Assembly (NCBI GenBank): GCA_964016885.1
Contig: OZ024747.1
Span: 82,584,001 to 82,648,000, forward strand
DNA: 64,000 bases
Source of the DNA: Eledone cirrhosa
Taxonomy: Eukaryota
Reading direction: 5' to 3'
Shown piece after piece: positions 1 through 12,290 of this stretch. The notes beneath the pieces are model-generated. The model searched no databases, was not told the DNA's origin, and saw only the letters and a list, made by a program, of their open reading frames with translations. Positions within the stretch are counted from its first letter, which is position 1, and each line of letters starts with the position of its first letter. The translations under genes were made by a program, and so were the position numbers.

Positions 1-589
1 TACAATGTTCTTAATAGAAAAAAAAGGCGTAGTTCTTTATGATTTGTTCTAGAACAATATCGAACATACATTCAATGTGAAATCGAAACTCAATTACAGA
101 CTGCGGCCCTTGTAACAAAATATTATATCAAGAAATTCGATTTAACTCTACTACTTCTTTCCCTTTTTTACAGACTATGGAAAGATTATTACTTTTCAGT
201 TTAAATCTTATTGTTTTCTATCCATGTACTGCTAAAACTGTACAACGTCTACTGACCGATACAAAGCTTTGCTTCAAGTGTTCATAAAGATGTTATCTTT
301 CAGAACATATGATATCGATCATCGGATATTATTTAGTTGGAGGCGAATGAATGGCACCGATGATTTATAAAGGTCCTGTGGGATTGGTAACCTCAATACA
401 GCTGATGAACGGATTAAAAAACACGAACAGTCAAGGATTTCCAGAAAGTTCCAGTTTTGCTTTAAAAAAAGAAACACGGAATGTGTTTAAATTTAGGATT
501 AGAACATTAGACATTAATGCATAACACGAGGAAAATGCCCGTGTCTACTGGATAAATTTGGACGATGGTAGTAGATAATATAAGCGACG

Positions 590-745
590 AAATCTCAGAG
601 CCGTTGTTAGAACATCAGATAGAATACTTAGCGGTATTTCTGCCGGCTTTCTGTGATTTATGTTCAAATCCTGCCGAGGTCAACTTTGTCTTTCATCCTT
701 TTGAGGTCGATACAAAATGAAATGTTCCAATCAAGTACTGGGAAC
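590..745 (+). mobile_element. Diverged copy of the main tRNA-derived SINE family (SINE-A)
   Basis: Box B GTTCAAATCC at ~662 followed by GCCGAGGTCAACTTTGTCTTTCATCCTTTTGAGGTCGATA core. Confidence 0.7.
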
Positions 746-1162
746 GATTATTCCTGTATATCTCTTCCTTACTTCCCCCTCTATCACTCTTTCCTTCTCT
801 AGAAGAAATCCACGATCCCTCATCAACCCGAAGCATCTAGAAAACAAGGCAATAAATACTAATAACTAAATAAAAGACCAAACAGTCATGTTTCAGTTAT
901 AGTCTTCAAAACCTCTATTCATGGAATCGGTGAAGATATTCGTCAGTTTAGGAATGATCTATTTTTAAGCAGACGATTCTATTCTCTACCCCTACACTAG
1001 TTTTTGGAAACAATTAGCACTTTCTCTTCTCATATTCTTTTAAATATAAATACTAGGCGTGAATACCAGCATTATAACACCAATGGCAAAATAGAATTTT
1101 TTCGTGACTTTTCACTTTTTAAGGAAATGATCTTCACAGTATATTATCGATTTAACGATTGA

Positions 1163-1478
1163 ATGTATATTCATATATGTGTGTATATATGTGTGTATGA
1201 ATGTATGTGTGTATATATGAATGTGTGTATGCATGCACGTGTGTGCATGTGTGTGTGTGCATGTGCGTGTGTGTGCATGTATGTGTGTATGTATGTATGT
1301 TGTTTGTATGTATGTATGTTTGTTGTATGTATGTATATGTGTTGTATGTATATATGTTGTATGTATGTATGTTGTATGTATATATATATGTTGTATGTAT
1401 GTATATGTGTTGTATGAATGCATGCAGGTAAGTACTATGCTATGTGTGTATATGTGTATTTGTCTATGTATGTATGTA
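1163..1478. repeat. Degenerate (TG)n/(TATG)n microsatellite tract
   Basis: Direct reading; source of spurious MCVY/HTYI ORFs. Confidence 0.9.
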
Positions 1479-2066
1479 GCGTTGTGTAGGCGTTTAAATG
1501 TACGAACAAGAAAAACAGTATTGACATCAATATATATCAGGGAGTTACCCATAATTCCTTAGCTATATATGTGTGTGTGTATGTGTGTATGTGTGTATGT
1601 GTGTGTGTAAATTATTTTGATGTTTAATCTAAACGTAGTATAAATACCATAGCAAAATTAAGATTATATAACCAGAGCATAAGTATTTAGTTATAAAACT
1701 TATGACAATCAAAGCGTTTATGGAAACATTTTATATACTTATTTATAACCCTTTTATATACACTCACAACCATATATATATATATATATGTGTGTGTGTA
1801 TGTGTGTCTGTGTGTGTGTGTCTGTGTGTGTGTGTATGTGTGTGTGTGTATGTGTGTGTGTGTCTGTGTGTGGAGGTTATAGTTGTTTGAACACGTCGTT
1901 CTATAACAAAAGAAGGAGTCCTCAATATTATGAAAACAGGTAAATATTCAATATTGATGTTGAATCAGTCAAACGATGATACTGTAATCTAGCATTCATA
2001 GAGACTTGATTGGGTATACCGGAACTATAATATTATTGAACGGATTATATATATATATATATATAT

Positions 2067-2256
2067 CCAGGGAATGTAACTTGGAGTTACTGTAGGTTCA
2101 CCCAGGTGAGCATTCGATGTTTAGGTTGACTTCAGTGTCGAGGTGTAGAGCTAGACAGAGTGTATTATAGTGAAATAAGATAACAAGGGCGATTGGTTAC
2201 TCCTAATAAACGTTAAACGTAATGAAGGAGTAACCAATCGTCCTTGTTATCTTATT

Positions 2257-2264
<8 letters not shown>
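2067..2264 (-). mobile_element. (TA)n-embedded fold-back insert, probable PLE 3' fragment with inverted end
   Basis: 39-bp inverted arms 2166-2204 / 2226-2264 (1 mismatch), ~100-bp unpaired tail to the left, (TA)n on both sides. Confidence 0.6.
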
Positions 2265-2324
<60 letters not shown>

Positions 2325-2326
<2 letters not shown>

Positions 2327-2719
2327 AAAAAATAGAGGTGTAACACAGGAGTTGTGATATATTAGTGAAAGGAAAAGAAAATGCTGGCAAATTTTTCCCA
2401 GTGAAAAATAGTTTAATTAGGAATAAGTATAAATTAGTAATAAGTATTAGTTAGTATTCAGTTTTAGTTTTAAGTTTTTACCGGTTGCGCATTTCTAATG
2501 CTTTTCAAAAATAATTTTGAGATAGAGCGCTCGTGATGTTTGATTAGAGCAAACATCACGAGCGCTCTATCTCAAAATTATTTTTGAAAAGCATTAGAAA
2601 TGCGCAACCGGTAAAAACTTAAACTAAAACTGAATACTAACCAATACTTATTACTAATTTATACTTATTCCTAATTAAACTATTTTTCACTGAGAAAAAT
2701 TTGTCAGCATTTTCTTTTC

Positions 2720-2723
<4 letters not shown>
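2325..2723 (-). mobile_element. (TA)n-embedded long palindrome, probable PLE 3' fragment with inverted end
   Basis: ~175-bp near-perfect arms 2368-2542 / 2550-2723, 7-nt loop ATTAGAG, ~40-bp unpaired tail, (TA)n flanks. Confidence 0.65.
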
Positions 2724-2757
<34 letters not shown>

Positions 2758-3227
2758 AGGGAACAAGTCAGGCCGACGAAAGTAAATTAGTCTAATTCAT
2801 ATAATCGCCTCCCTACTATGGTTTTAAGAATAAAAAGAAACAGTATTAATTATTTCATATCATTGAAGCAACCAATATTGGAAGAACATTTATTCTTTCA
2901 TCAGGGTAGAAAATCTTTGCAATAGGAGGAGGTATTGATCATAAAATATACTGACCATTTTAATGTCGAAGACAGCGTGGTGTCCAACACATTGCTTTGT
3001 TGAACTATGAATGAACAAAGCTTTCTATATATTTTAGGACAATACGATAGGCTTATAATGACGCTAAAAATAGCATTTAAAAAAACCGTTTAAAACATTT
3101 CTACAATGAATGAGTAGTATATATGAATTAAAAAGTTATTTGGCTCTAATACTTAGATATCTCAATGAATAGATAAAATATACAGTTAAAATATCACAAT
3201 CAGAGATGTAATTTAACATATCAGGCG

Positions 3228-3345
3228 TTATATATATAAACAGGAATGTATATAAGCATATGTATATAAACAGGCATGTATATAAAGGTATGTATGTAAA
3301 CAGGCATGTATATAAAGATATGTATATAAAGAGATTGTATATATA
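3228..3345. repeat. 30-bp-period minisatellite (~4 units, TATATAAACAGGCATGTATATAAAGGTATG-like)
   Basis: ATAAACAGG-type motif recurs near 3236, 3266, 3296 and 3326. Confidence 0.75.
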
Positions 3346-3804
3346 TAATGAGATGCAGCAATCAGGAAAACCACAGAAACCTCTCATATACCATAATTCT
3401 TGAACGAAACGTTCTAGCATGGATTAAAACGCCATTTAAAAACTACACCAAACTACCACCTGAAGGTAAGAATATATTACACAAATACCGAAATTAAAGA
3501 CCATCTCCTCAATATGAAACCACAAATCTGCAAGTTAATGTAATACATATTCCAATTCCATCATAAACAGTTACACAAGACACACAAGTACCACACATTC
3601 TCTCTGTGGAAGCATTTTCATAGCAACATACGAGCTAAATATGAACACAAATGCAGAACTGTGGCATTAAACTAAAATAAATGTTAAAGGTCGCAGAAAG
3701 AAATTTCCAGTTAAAAGTTCTATTTATGCCATCCGGAGATGATTAATTTCTTCAGTTAAAGTATCATTCCCATGATAACCTTCTCCTTACTACAAAGGCT
3801 CAGC

Positions 3805-4028
3805 AATATAAGCCGATGGAGCCTACACATGGTAGCTCAACCTGTTAGAGAACTAAAAAATCCCTTCAAAATGCAATATATTAAACTGCCATATAAAACC
3901 ATCATATTGAAAAAGGGAAGAGCACATTGACTCGCGTAATTTTAGTAAAAGAAAAATAAATGAGATAGTCACGACAGGAGCAGCTTTTATCGTGGGTTAA
4001 CTCAATCAGGGCTGATCTGGCGCTAAAA
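3805..4028 (-). mobile_element. Old dispersed repeat family B; related diverged copies near 9960-10060, 13905-14055, 14570-14640, 26490-26665, 52632-52830
   Basis: Shared motifs GTTTAGCCC..., GAGATTTGGCTGCTATTTCTAGCAGGT and GACCA..GTAGAGGCTCC across copies. Confidence 0.5.
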
Positions 4029-4216
4029 TTAAACGTCACTACCATTTACTTCATTTAAAGATGAGATAGAAATGGTAAAGAACATAGGAATATTGTTCGT
4101 AAATAAATATGAAAACAAAAATAAGGACATATGGGTAAGATCCTTAATACAAAGATTAATATTCCTTAAAAGAATTTCAAAGAAAAGCTCTTGACTTTAT
4201 ATATAGAGAGATATTG

Positions 4217-4288
4217 GGGTCGATAAAATAAAGTACCAGTAATGTACTGAATTAATTGCTGGCCTTGTGCTAAAAGTAGAAACAATTA
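4217..4288 (+). mobile_element. SINE-A 3' fragment
   Basis: GGGGTCGATAAAATAAAGTACCAGT...GCTGGCCTTGTGCTAAAAGTAGAAAC. Confidence 0.75.
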
Positions 4289-4559
4289 TTATTATCATTA
4301 ATTATCTTTTACCCTTTCTTTGGTCTTTAAGTGAAAGTCTACTGTTATACATTCACCTACTCCCTCCTCATCTCCCTAAAAAGCCGTTAATGAGTCTATA
4401 TAAAAAGATCTGGGACCTTTGTTTAGATGTTTCTTTGCACATATAATTTCGCGAGATGTCAAAGAAAAATCGGGCACTCTCATTTTGATCGAGCTGATCG
4501 ATATCGAAATAATTGTTATATGCCAATAAAATGTGTACATATGTTGCAACACTGGCTTC

Positions 4560-4618
<59 letters not shown>

Positions 4619-4637
4619 ACATACATACATACACACA

Positions 4638-5235
4638 TGGTGGCTGCCAACTCGTTTTCGAGTACGGCCACTACTTTATATCCATGTAGGAGAACCCCTA
4701 CCGATGCGCTAAACAAGTGTGACTTTTTAGTCCAGCCAGCGACTGGTACAAACACTACACCTGTGACAATTATTGACACATAGTGCTGGGCCCATGGCAC
4801 CATGTGACGACAAGTGCAGAGAGATCTGCAGATATAAAGCAATGCCTGTGCCGTGAAGCTTTTATAGTGAGCAAAGGCACTGCACAAAGCCAGTCGCACT
4901 CTCTTAACCAAGATGATATTTACCAAAAAGAAGAACAAGTCAACATCATTGGATACCATCAGAGTTGCAGGTGTTATATCAGAGTTTTCCTTCTCCTAGA
5001 ATTCTGCCTTGACCAAGGCTAAGGGGTCATCTCTCCGGGTGATTTTGGATGGACATTGACTCTTAAGAGGTCCTTTGCCCTTTGACAGGTTTTGTTTTTA
5101 GTCCTGCAGGATGTCCAAAGTCACCCTCCTTACCAAGAAACCTTGGTGGGGTTGCCAGTTTAGTCGCAAACGACATTACCATGAGACAGGTTGTACTGGG
5201 ATACATGTTGCCAGTAGCACCAACTGGTGACCTGA
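4638..5235 (-). mobile_element. Non-autonomous RTE-related retroelement, ~600 bp, with (ATGT)n tail
   Basis: Minus strand has an RTE-type 5'-region motif CTAGGAGAAGGAAAACTCTGA and a 3' stem-loop ACTCG-AAAA-CGAGT before (ATGT)n; closely similar second copy at 61398-61949. Confidence 0.65.
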
Positions 5236-5321
5236 CATACATACATACATACATACATACATACATACATACATACATACATACATACATACATACATAC
5301 ATACATACATACATACATACA

Positions 5322-5362
5322 TGATGGCTGCCCCCTCGTTATCGAGTATGGCCATTGCCGGA
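5322..5362 (-). mobile_element. 3' tip of an element related to 4638-5235, with long (ATGT)n tail at 5236-5321
   Basis: ATGGCTGCCCCCTCGTTATCGAGTATGGCCA resembles GTGGCTGCCAACTCGTTTTCGAGTACGGCCA. Confidence 0.55.
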
Positions 5363-5429
5363 GAAAAAAATATATATATATATAGTGACGAAACATAAGT
5401 CAATTACATGAACTCATAATCCTTTATTT

Positions 5430-5485
5430 ACTGCTATATATATTTCGATGATAGCCATTGAATGGCTATGACCTCATCAGGCAGT
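5430..5485 (-). ncRNA. Minimal type-I hammerhead ribozyme inside a 165-bp (TA)n-flanked insert (5384-5548)
   Basis: Minus strand: ACTGC-CTGATGA-GGTCATAGCCA ttcaa TGGCTATCATC-GAAA-TATATA-TA^GCAGT; stem I ACTGC/GCAGT, palindromic loop III. Confidence 0.85.
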
Positions 5486-5557
5486 TAGTCAGTTCTTGGA
5501 TATGCCAGCTCTGTGCTTATAGTGTTGATGGTATCAGAGCCTTGGGACATATGTATG

Positions 5558-5676
<119 letters not shown>

Positions 5677-5799
5677 TATTAATAACAAAAATAATAATAA
5701 TAACAACAATAATAATAACGACAACAACAACAATAAGAATTTACATATATATATACACATACACACACACGCACACACATAAACATATATATACACACA

Positions 5800-6325
5800 C
5801 ACACACGATAGCAACTAACAGCGCTGCGATCGAATGTGGCTTTTTAGCCCAGCCAATGATCTAAAATGTCTTGCACAGAGTCGGCAACCAAAACATTCAC
5901 TGGGAATAGCCGGCTGTGGTTGGAGTTCATGTACTTTTGCATGTCGCTTGAGCCCTCCTGCTGATTTATATTCTCTACCACATGCTTGGCAAGCATGATG
6001 AGTAGCATCTCCAACAGCAGTCTTGTAGTCAACCACTAGTCTTACTTTATGACTGCGAAGATGACTTTCGAGTCCAGCTTTGCTTAGGCAGAGTCTCGCA
6101 CATACGCTGCATGTCAGCACCATAAGAGGACCCTCTCCGTCTGGAAGTGCAACATCAATGCCCTTCCTCACATCCCGCTTTACTTTCTCGTATGCGATTC
6201 GGGATGCCTCAAAGGCAACTTTTCCCTCATATACAGTCTTTTTCCATTTATTACGATCAGCAGCAATATTTTCCCATGTATCAGCAAAGATGTTAGCGTC
6301 TTTCAAAGAGGCTTTCAATAAAAAT
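5800..6325 (-). mobile_element. RTE-clade LINE 3' end; ORF C-terminus with three C2H2-type zinc fingers (stop at 5815)
   Basis: LKASLK...TWENIAADRNKWKKTVYEG..AFEA RTE C-terminal motif, then CSVC..HLRSH, CQAC..HAKVH, CRLC..HIRSQRC; the ORF N-terminus is probably flank read-through. Confidence 0.8.
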
Positions 6326-6839
6326 ACATATTGAATATTACAAAGGATGGAGAGAGTCGCCACAATTGAGGGTAAAACGTTTTACATGCTGTCACAAAAA
6401 TATACTGTTTTTAACCTCGTTAACAAGAACTGGTGAGAGATATTACAAAGCGGAATGGTTATTAGGGTAAAGGAATTCGTGTAACTAGATACGAAATTCT
6501 AGACAGGCTGAAAATTCAGTTTAACATGCTTTGATCTTCAAGAAATTGTGTTTAGAAGTAAGCTTTCTTGACGAAATGTTATTGCAATTTTTAGAAATAA
6601 TGTTTATTCTTGTCCTTTTTGACAACGCACATCAGTTCTATTTAACAAGTGATTTTCCGGTAGGATAGACAACAATGAATCTGAGTTAAATACTGAATCT
6701 GATGAATGTTATAAATATTTTGTTGGCAGTCTAGATTTACAGAGAGAGAATTAATACAGCGATTCTGCTCAACTTCTGTGAAACTCCGTTTCACGACTCA
6801 TACTCATGCAAAATAGTCAAGTCCTTCAATAATTCTAGG

Positions 6840-6900
6840 TGCAAATGTAAACATTGAACATAGATACAGGAGCTTCGTGTATCACACATTCTGCAATCTT
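6840..6900 (+). pseudogene. Possible decayed LTR-retrotransposon aspartic protease motif
   Basis: 6860-6880 encodes IDTGASC; no long open frame around it. Confidence 0.25.
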
Positions 6901-7165
6901 TCTCACCTATCAGTGAAGATGACTCAGTAAATAGTACGTCTGAATATATAACTATCGTAATAGTTACCTATACTGTTTGCATATATCAAACACACACACT
7001 CACACATACAAGCCCCTGTAAATACTAATCTCCCTATACACACAAACCCCTGTAAATACTACTTTCAGCGACAAAAGTTTGTTTTATTATGACTTTCCTT
7101 CTCTTGTCCTCTAACAGCAAACAATACACACTACACTTAATTTCTAACTTTAATGAACAATTCAA

Positions 7166-7244
<79 letters not shown>

Positions 7245-7739
7245 TTCTATCTATCTAATATATCTATCTCTCTCTCTCTAACACATCGTCTATTCCAATT
7301 TGTGCAAATATGTGACAATGTTTAACATTCCTAAGAAGTGTAAGGCTTTTCATTATATGTTCTACAAACCCCTCACTTTCACTTCACTTCTATCATATGA
7401 AGCATAATGGAACCAGGAGTTTTAATTAACCATCTCCTTCATGACTTTGAATGATTATACTCTCCACAATGTCTCTCATTGTAGTTTGTTCCGAATTTTG
7501 TTGCTAACTGCTTTCCCATCTTTCAAGTCAAGCGTAATTCGCCTACTTATGGTGGCTTCTAAGAAAAGCATGTAAATCATACCAAACTTTATTCCTTAAC
7601 CTTTCCCACACATGAGCTATTACTACGCAACCTAGATTCCTTAAGTCAGATTTTATCTTCTCAACACTTCATATGTTCGAAAGTTCCAGCTTCGCATACG
7701 ATGTTTGTTGATTATATATATATATATATGAACTATGTC

Positions 7740-8350
7740 GTCAGCAAATTCAGCACCTTATATCTTTTTCGCCTTAACTCTCCAGCTCTGAGCCAGTGTT
7801 ACAGTAAAGCCAGAGTCCACCAGGCGCATACAATAGTCCACTGCGATGATAAAAAGGTAGCGAGCCAATGTATCTCCCTGGAGCTCTCCAGCCAATATCT
7901 CAAAGAACCCCCTCATCTCGTCAGGTGTAATGACTTGGGCTTTGGTGTTGGTGTAGAGCAATGATATCAGGTCCACTATCTTCTTGGGGATTCCATAAGC
8001 CCCTAGGATCTTCATCAGGCAGTGCCGGTCCACAGAATCAAAGGCCTTCCTAAAGTCAATGAAACCCATGACAGCAGGAACGCTCTTTGCTCTAGGTCCC
8101 TCTAATATCTTCCTCAACATCAGGATGTGACTGGTTTATCTTCCCTCTCTGAAGCCGACATTCAGAGTTGACACTGTGGGAGCCCCTACACGGACACACT
8201 AGAAGAGGGAGACTATTGAGGTTGACATATGTTGATGCCCTAAGGACAGACACAGATCTCTTGGAAGCACAGGACATGGCTGCGATGATGAAGGGCAGAG
8301 ACCGCTGGAGAGAACTCGTCCATGGATCTCGCGAATTTTACCCGCCCTAG
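7740..8350. mobile_element. RTE-clade LINE with 5' inversion: RT fragment on minus (7740-8165), ORF C-terminus on plus (8166-8350), (TAGA)n tail
   Basis: FIDFRKAFDSVDR..QGDTLARYLFIIAVDY on minus; LWEPLHG..RGR..TYVD..GRDRWR on plus, followed by TAGATAGA. Confidence 0.85.
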
Positions 8351-8398
8351 ATAGATAGATAGATATACATGTGTGTGTGTGTATGATGTATATGTATG

Positions 8399-8430
<32 letters not shown>

Positions 8431-8868
8431 TGTATGTATGTATGTATGTATATGTGTGTATGTGTGTGTGTGTGTATGTATATGTATGTATATGTATGTA
8501 TGTATATGTATGTATGTATGAGTATAGATGGAGAACGAGAGAGAGATATATAACATTATACGTGCGTATATCTAACTTTGGACTGCTATGGTGCATCAAT
8601 ATATTTAGTGTCACGCACAGCGTCCTGAATAATGTCTTTGTATAGTACACGGAATCATAAAATTTACTAAGCATAGAAATCAAGAATGTTTTGAATTTTG
8701 CTGACAAATAATTTGACATGGCAGAAGATTCAATGAATAGACATGTCCCGAGTAATTTTCAACATCTTTTTACCTTGATTGTATATGAATATCCCATAGA
8801 TACAGCTCATAACGCGTTTATATGGTTGATTATTATTGTACCAGACATTAATGTGTCTTTGAGCTACC

Positions 8869-8980
<112 letters not shown>

Positions 8981-9121
8981 TATGTATGAATATATGTGTA
9001 TGTGTTTATGTGTGTGTATGTTTGAATGAAAGTCCTTTGTAGTTCATGTATATGTCTCTGTATAATGGCGACCAAAAAGTATTTGCCTCCATTCCTAGTT
9101 ACTAAACATCCACACACACAG

Positions 9122-9166
<45 letters not shown>

Positions 9167-10169
9167 ATTACAGAAAACAATACAATATTCTATGTGGTAG
9201 GTTTATTTGTGTATGTGTGCACGTGTGAGTTATTTAATACACATATCAGGGAAAACAACCTTCTATACTCAGTATATTTTTATGATACTTGATGATACTG
9301 TGATATTTTTACGCATATTACCAGCAGGCCGGCTTTGGCCATCCACGCCAGTCTACATGTATATATTTATATATTTTTTTATAACTTTACATATTCATGT
9401 ATACAAATATCTACGTATGTATGTCTGGTGGTACAACTATGTAAATATTTATGAGAATGTGGTTTATAAACATTGTGTAATCGACGCTCTGTATGAGATA
9501 ATTGAAAGTAACATGTAATGGAACTGTCAGAAAACAGAATCGGAACAGACGGGCAATAATTTTCGATAATAAAATAGTGAATGTTTGGATTGTTTTCCAC
9601 GTATAAACAGGATATGTCCTTGTTATTGTTTCTGGTCTCGGTGGAAATATTGATTATGATAGTGATCGATATTGTGATGATGGTGAAGAGTACTATACTG
9701 TCTTGTTTTTAAAGGCTACTGTTGTTATCATAAAGTAAGTAGTCGCGGGTCAGATCTGATTGAGGAAGCCAATAACCAAAAGCGCTCCATCTCTAATCAC
9801 CCGGTCTTTTATTCGGACAATGCGTCTCTTACTATATGCCTTTCCGTTGTGATAAGATGGCGATTTCATTGTCATGTCTAGTATGTCAAATGTCTGTATA
9901 GAGGCTCCGTCAATGGATTGATTACATGTGTTTCTTGTGTGCAGAGAACGCAGGACCATATTATCCAAAATGGATTCTTCTGAGACGTTGGGGTGACGTT
10001 CAAGAGAGATTTGATTGCTAATTCTGGCAGATCGAATAACTATATAGATGATCCCTCATTAGCTTGAAATAGTTGAAAGAGTTGATTCACAACGTTCTTT
10101 GAAAGGTGGTCCTCATCACCAAATATAAATTTCTTTTTATTGCCACACAGTAAGACATGAATATTTTAA

Positions 10170-10381
10170 CCCTTTAGCATTTAAACCGGCCATATCCGGC
10201 CAGAATTCTCTCGTCTCTTTGAAACTGATTATAACTGGCCACTTATACTGATGTTAAGGTATAGTTCTCCAAATAAATAATATCAAAATCTCATAGATGC
10301 GATATTATGTGAGATATGTGAAATAAAGCCTTTACTGTGAAAATACAATAGTAAATATAGAGTAATGTAAATGCTAAAGGG
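10170..10381. mobile_element. piggyBac-type MITE (212 bp)
   Basis: 14-bp perfect terminal inverted repeat (TIR) CCCTTTAGCATTTA / TAAATGCTAAAGGG flanked by TTAA at 10166-10169 and 10382-10385. Confidence 0.85.
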
Positions 10382-10987
10382 TTAAATTAAAAAATGTACC
10401 ATACTTTGTATAATGAGAGTTGTATAATGAGGAATATTTACTTTTATTTTGATTTAAACTATAGATTATCTTGTGTGAAAAATAGTAATAGATCTTTACT
10501 CTTATGAAACTTGCCCTGAAACACCGAAACGTTTGTATCAACCACATGTGGTTGGACTGGAGCAGGGTGTAAATCAGTCATTTCAGGTAGACGTAGGTGT
10601 TACAGTAATGTTGAAATAACTGTTGTGGAAGTTGTACACGTTGATGTGTTGTTGTTCACAATTTTCAAACGTAACTATAATGATTTATTTTCTCCCTGTG
10701 AGTTGGTTATTTAATGTTGCAGTTGAATGGTTCATACAATTTTGGAAGCTTTTCAAAACATGGCGTTTCTTGAGCTTCACAAAGTTATGTTGCTTTAGGT
10801 AGTAGAATTATATCGGATATGGCTGATTTAGGGATGGTGTGACGAAGTGATATCACATCAAGCGACAATGAAGACGAAGGTATGAGTGAAAGGATTCATA
10901 ACTGCATGTGGTTTATAACACGTAGTTTCATGTAGGTATGTGTGCTTAAAATGAATGAGTTTCTACTGCGTGATGAAGTACACACGC

Positions 10988-11030
<43 letters not shown>

Positions 11031-11444
11031 CTGATGGCTGTTTGGAAATGTGCATGCGAGAGCGTGAAAAGAGAAGGAAAAAGTGGACAGGGCAGATAAA
11101 GGTAAAAATTTAAAGGAAATAGCTTTTGCTGAAATAGCAAATAGGCAAGACATTTCGGAAATTGAGTGAAATTAATGTGAGGAGAGTGAAAGGAAAGACA
11201 AGAATAAAAAGAATGAAAAGAAAGTCAGATAAAGAAACATACAACAGTGGAAGAAGACAAAGACGAGGACAAAAACAATGTGTTGGTCATGATATAGCTT
11301 GAGTGAAACTGAGTGGAGCCAGGAAAAATATTATACAAGACAGAGAAGGAAACATCGAATTGTATAGAAAACATATTGTGGAGCGAATGAGAACAAAAGA
11401 AGACAACTGAAAGTTGGAGGCAGAGATTGACTGGAGAGGTGTTG

Positions 11445-11935
11445 AAACAGAGAGAGAGGGAGGAAGGGAGAGCCACAGAAAGAGAAGTGGTGAGAGCCAA
11501 AGAAAGAGAGGGAGAAAGTGAGTGCTAAAGAAAGAGAGGGATGTAGGGAGATCCACAGAGAGAGAAGAGGTGAGAGCCAAAGAAAGAGAGGGAGGAAGTG
11601 AGAGATAAAGAAAAAGAAGTGGTGAGAGCCAAAGAAAGAGAGGAGGTGAGAGCCAAAGAAAGAGAAGTGGTGAGAGCCAAAGAAAAAGAGGGAGGAAGTG
11701 AGAGCCAGAGAAAGAGAAGAGGTGAGAGCCAAAGAAAGAGAGGAAGAAAGTGAGAGCCAAAGAAAGAGAGGGAGAAAGTGAGAGATAAAGAAAGAGAAGA
11801 GGTGAGAGCCAAAGAAAGAGAGGAGGAAAGTGAGAGCCAGAGAAAGAGAAGAGGTAAGAGCCAGAGAAAGAGAGGGAAGAGGTGAGAGCCAGAGAAAGAG
11901 AGGGAGGAAGTGAGAGCCAGAGAAAGAGAAGAGGT
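11445..11935. repeat. Polypurine minisatellite, 21-29-bp units (GTGAGAGCCARAGAAAGAG..)
   Basis: About 20 units; explains the Leu/Ser/Phe-rich minus-strand ORFs. Confidence 0.9.
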
Positions 11936-12010
11936 AGATAGGAAAGAAGGCGAAGCGAAGAAAAGAGTTAAAAAGAGATAGAGAGAAACAAGAGATTGGT
12001 GATAGTACAT

Positions 12011-12011
12011 G

Positions 12012-12056
<45 letters not shown>

Positions 12057-12099
12057 GGATGATGATGATGATGATGATTGTGGTGGTGGTGGTGGTGGT
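12011..12099. repeat. (GAT)n-(GGT)n microsatellite
   Basis: Direct reading; source of the poly-His ORF. Confidence 0.95.
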
Positions 12100-12205
12100 A
12101 GAAATTTAACGAAGGAAAACTGAGCTTGATCAAGGGATGAAAAAAGGAGCGGAAATCAAAGACTGAGAGAAACTGTGTAAGAAAACTGAGGATAGAGAGG
12201 GAGAT

Positions 12206-12290
<85 letters not shown>

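Noticed and set aside
2861-2907. Minus-strand CTGATGA-AAGAA..TTCTT hammerhead candidate
   Set aside because: GAAA is absent (reads CAAT) and there is no convincing stem I; at best a decayed copy
3355-3472. Possible host exons ending at AAG|GTAAG (3465) and CAG|GTAAA (1939)
   Set aside because: Donor-like motifs only; no supportable acceptor, frame or protein similarity
11445-11935. CRISPR-like repeat-spacer array
   Set aside because: Intervening segments are short variants of the same GA-rich sequence; eukaryotic context, no cas genes
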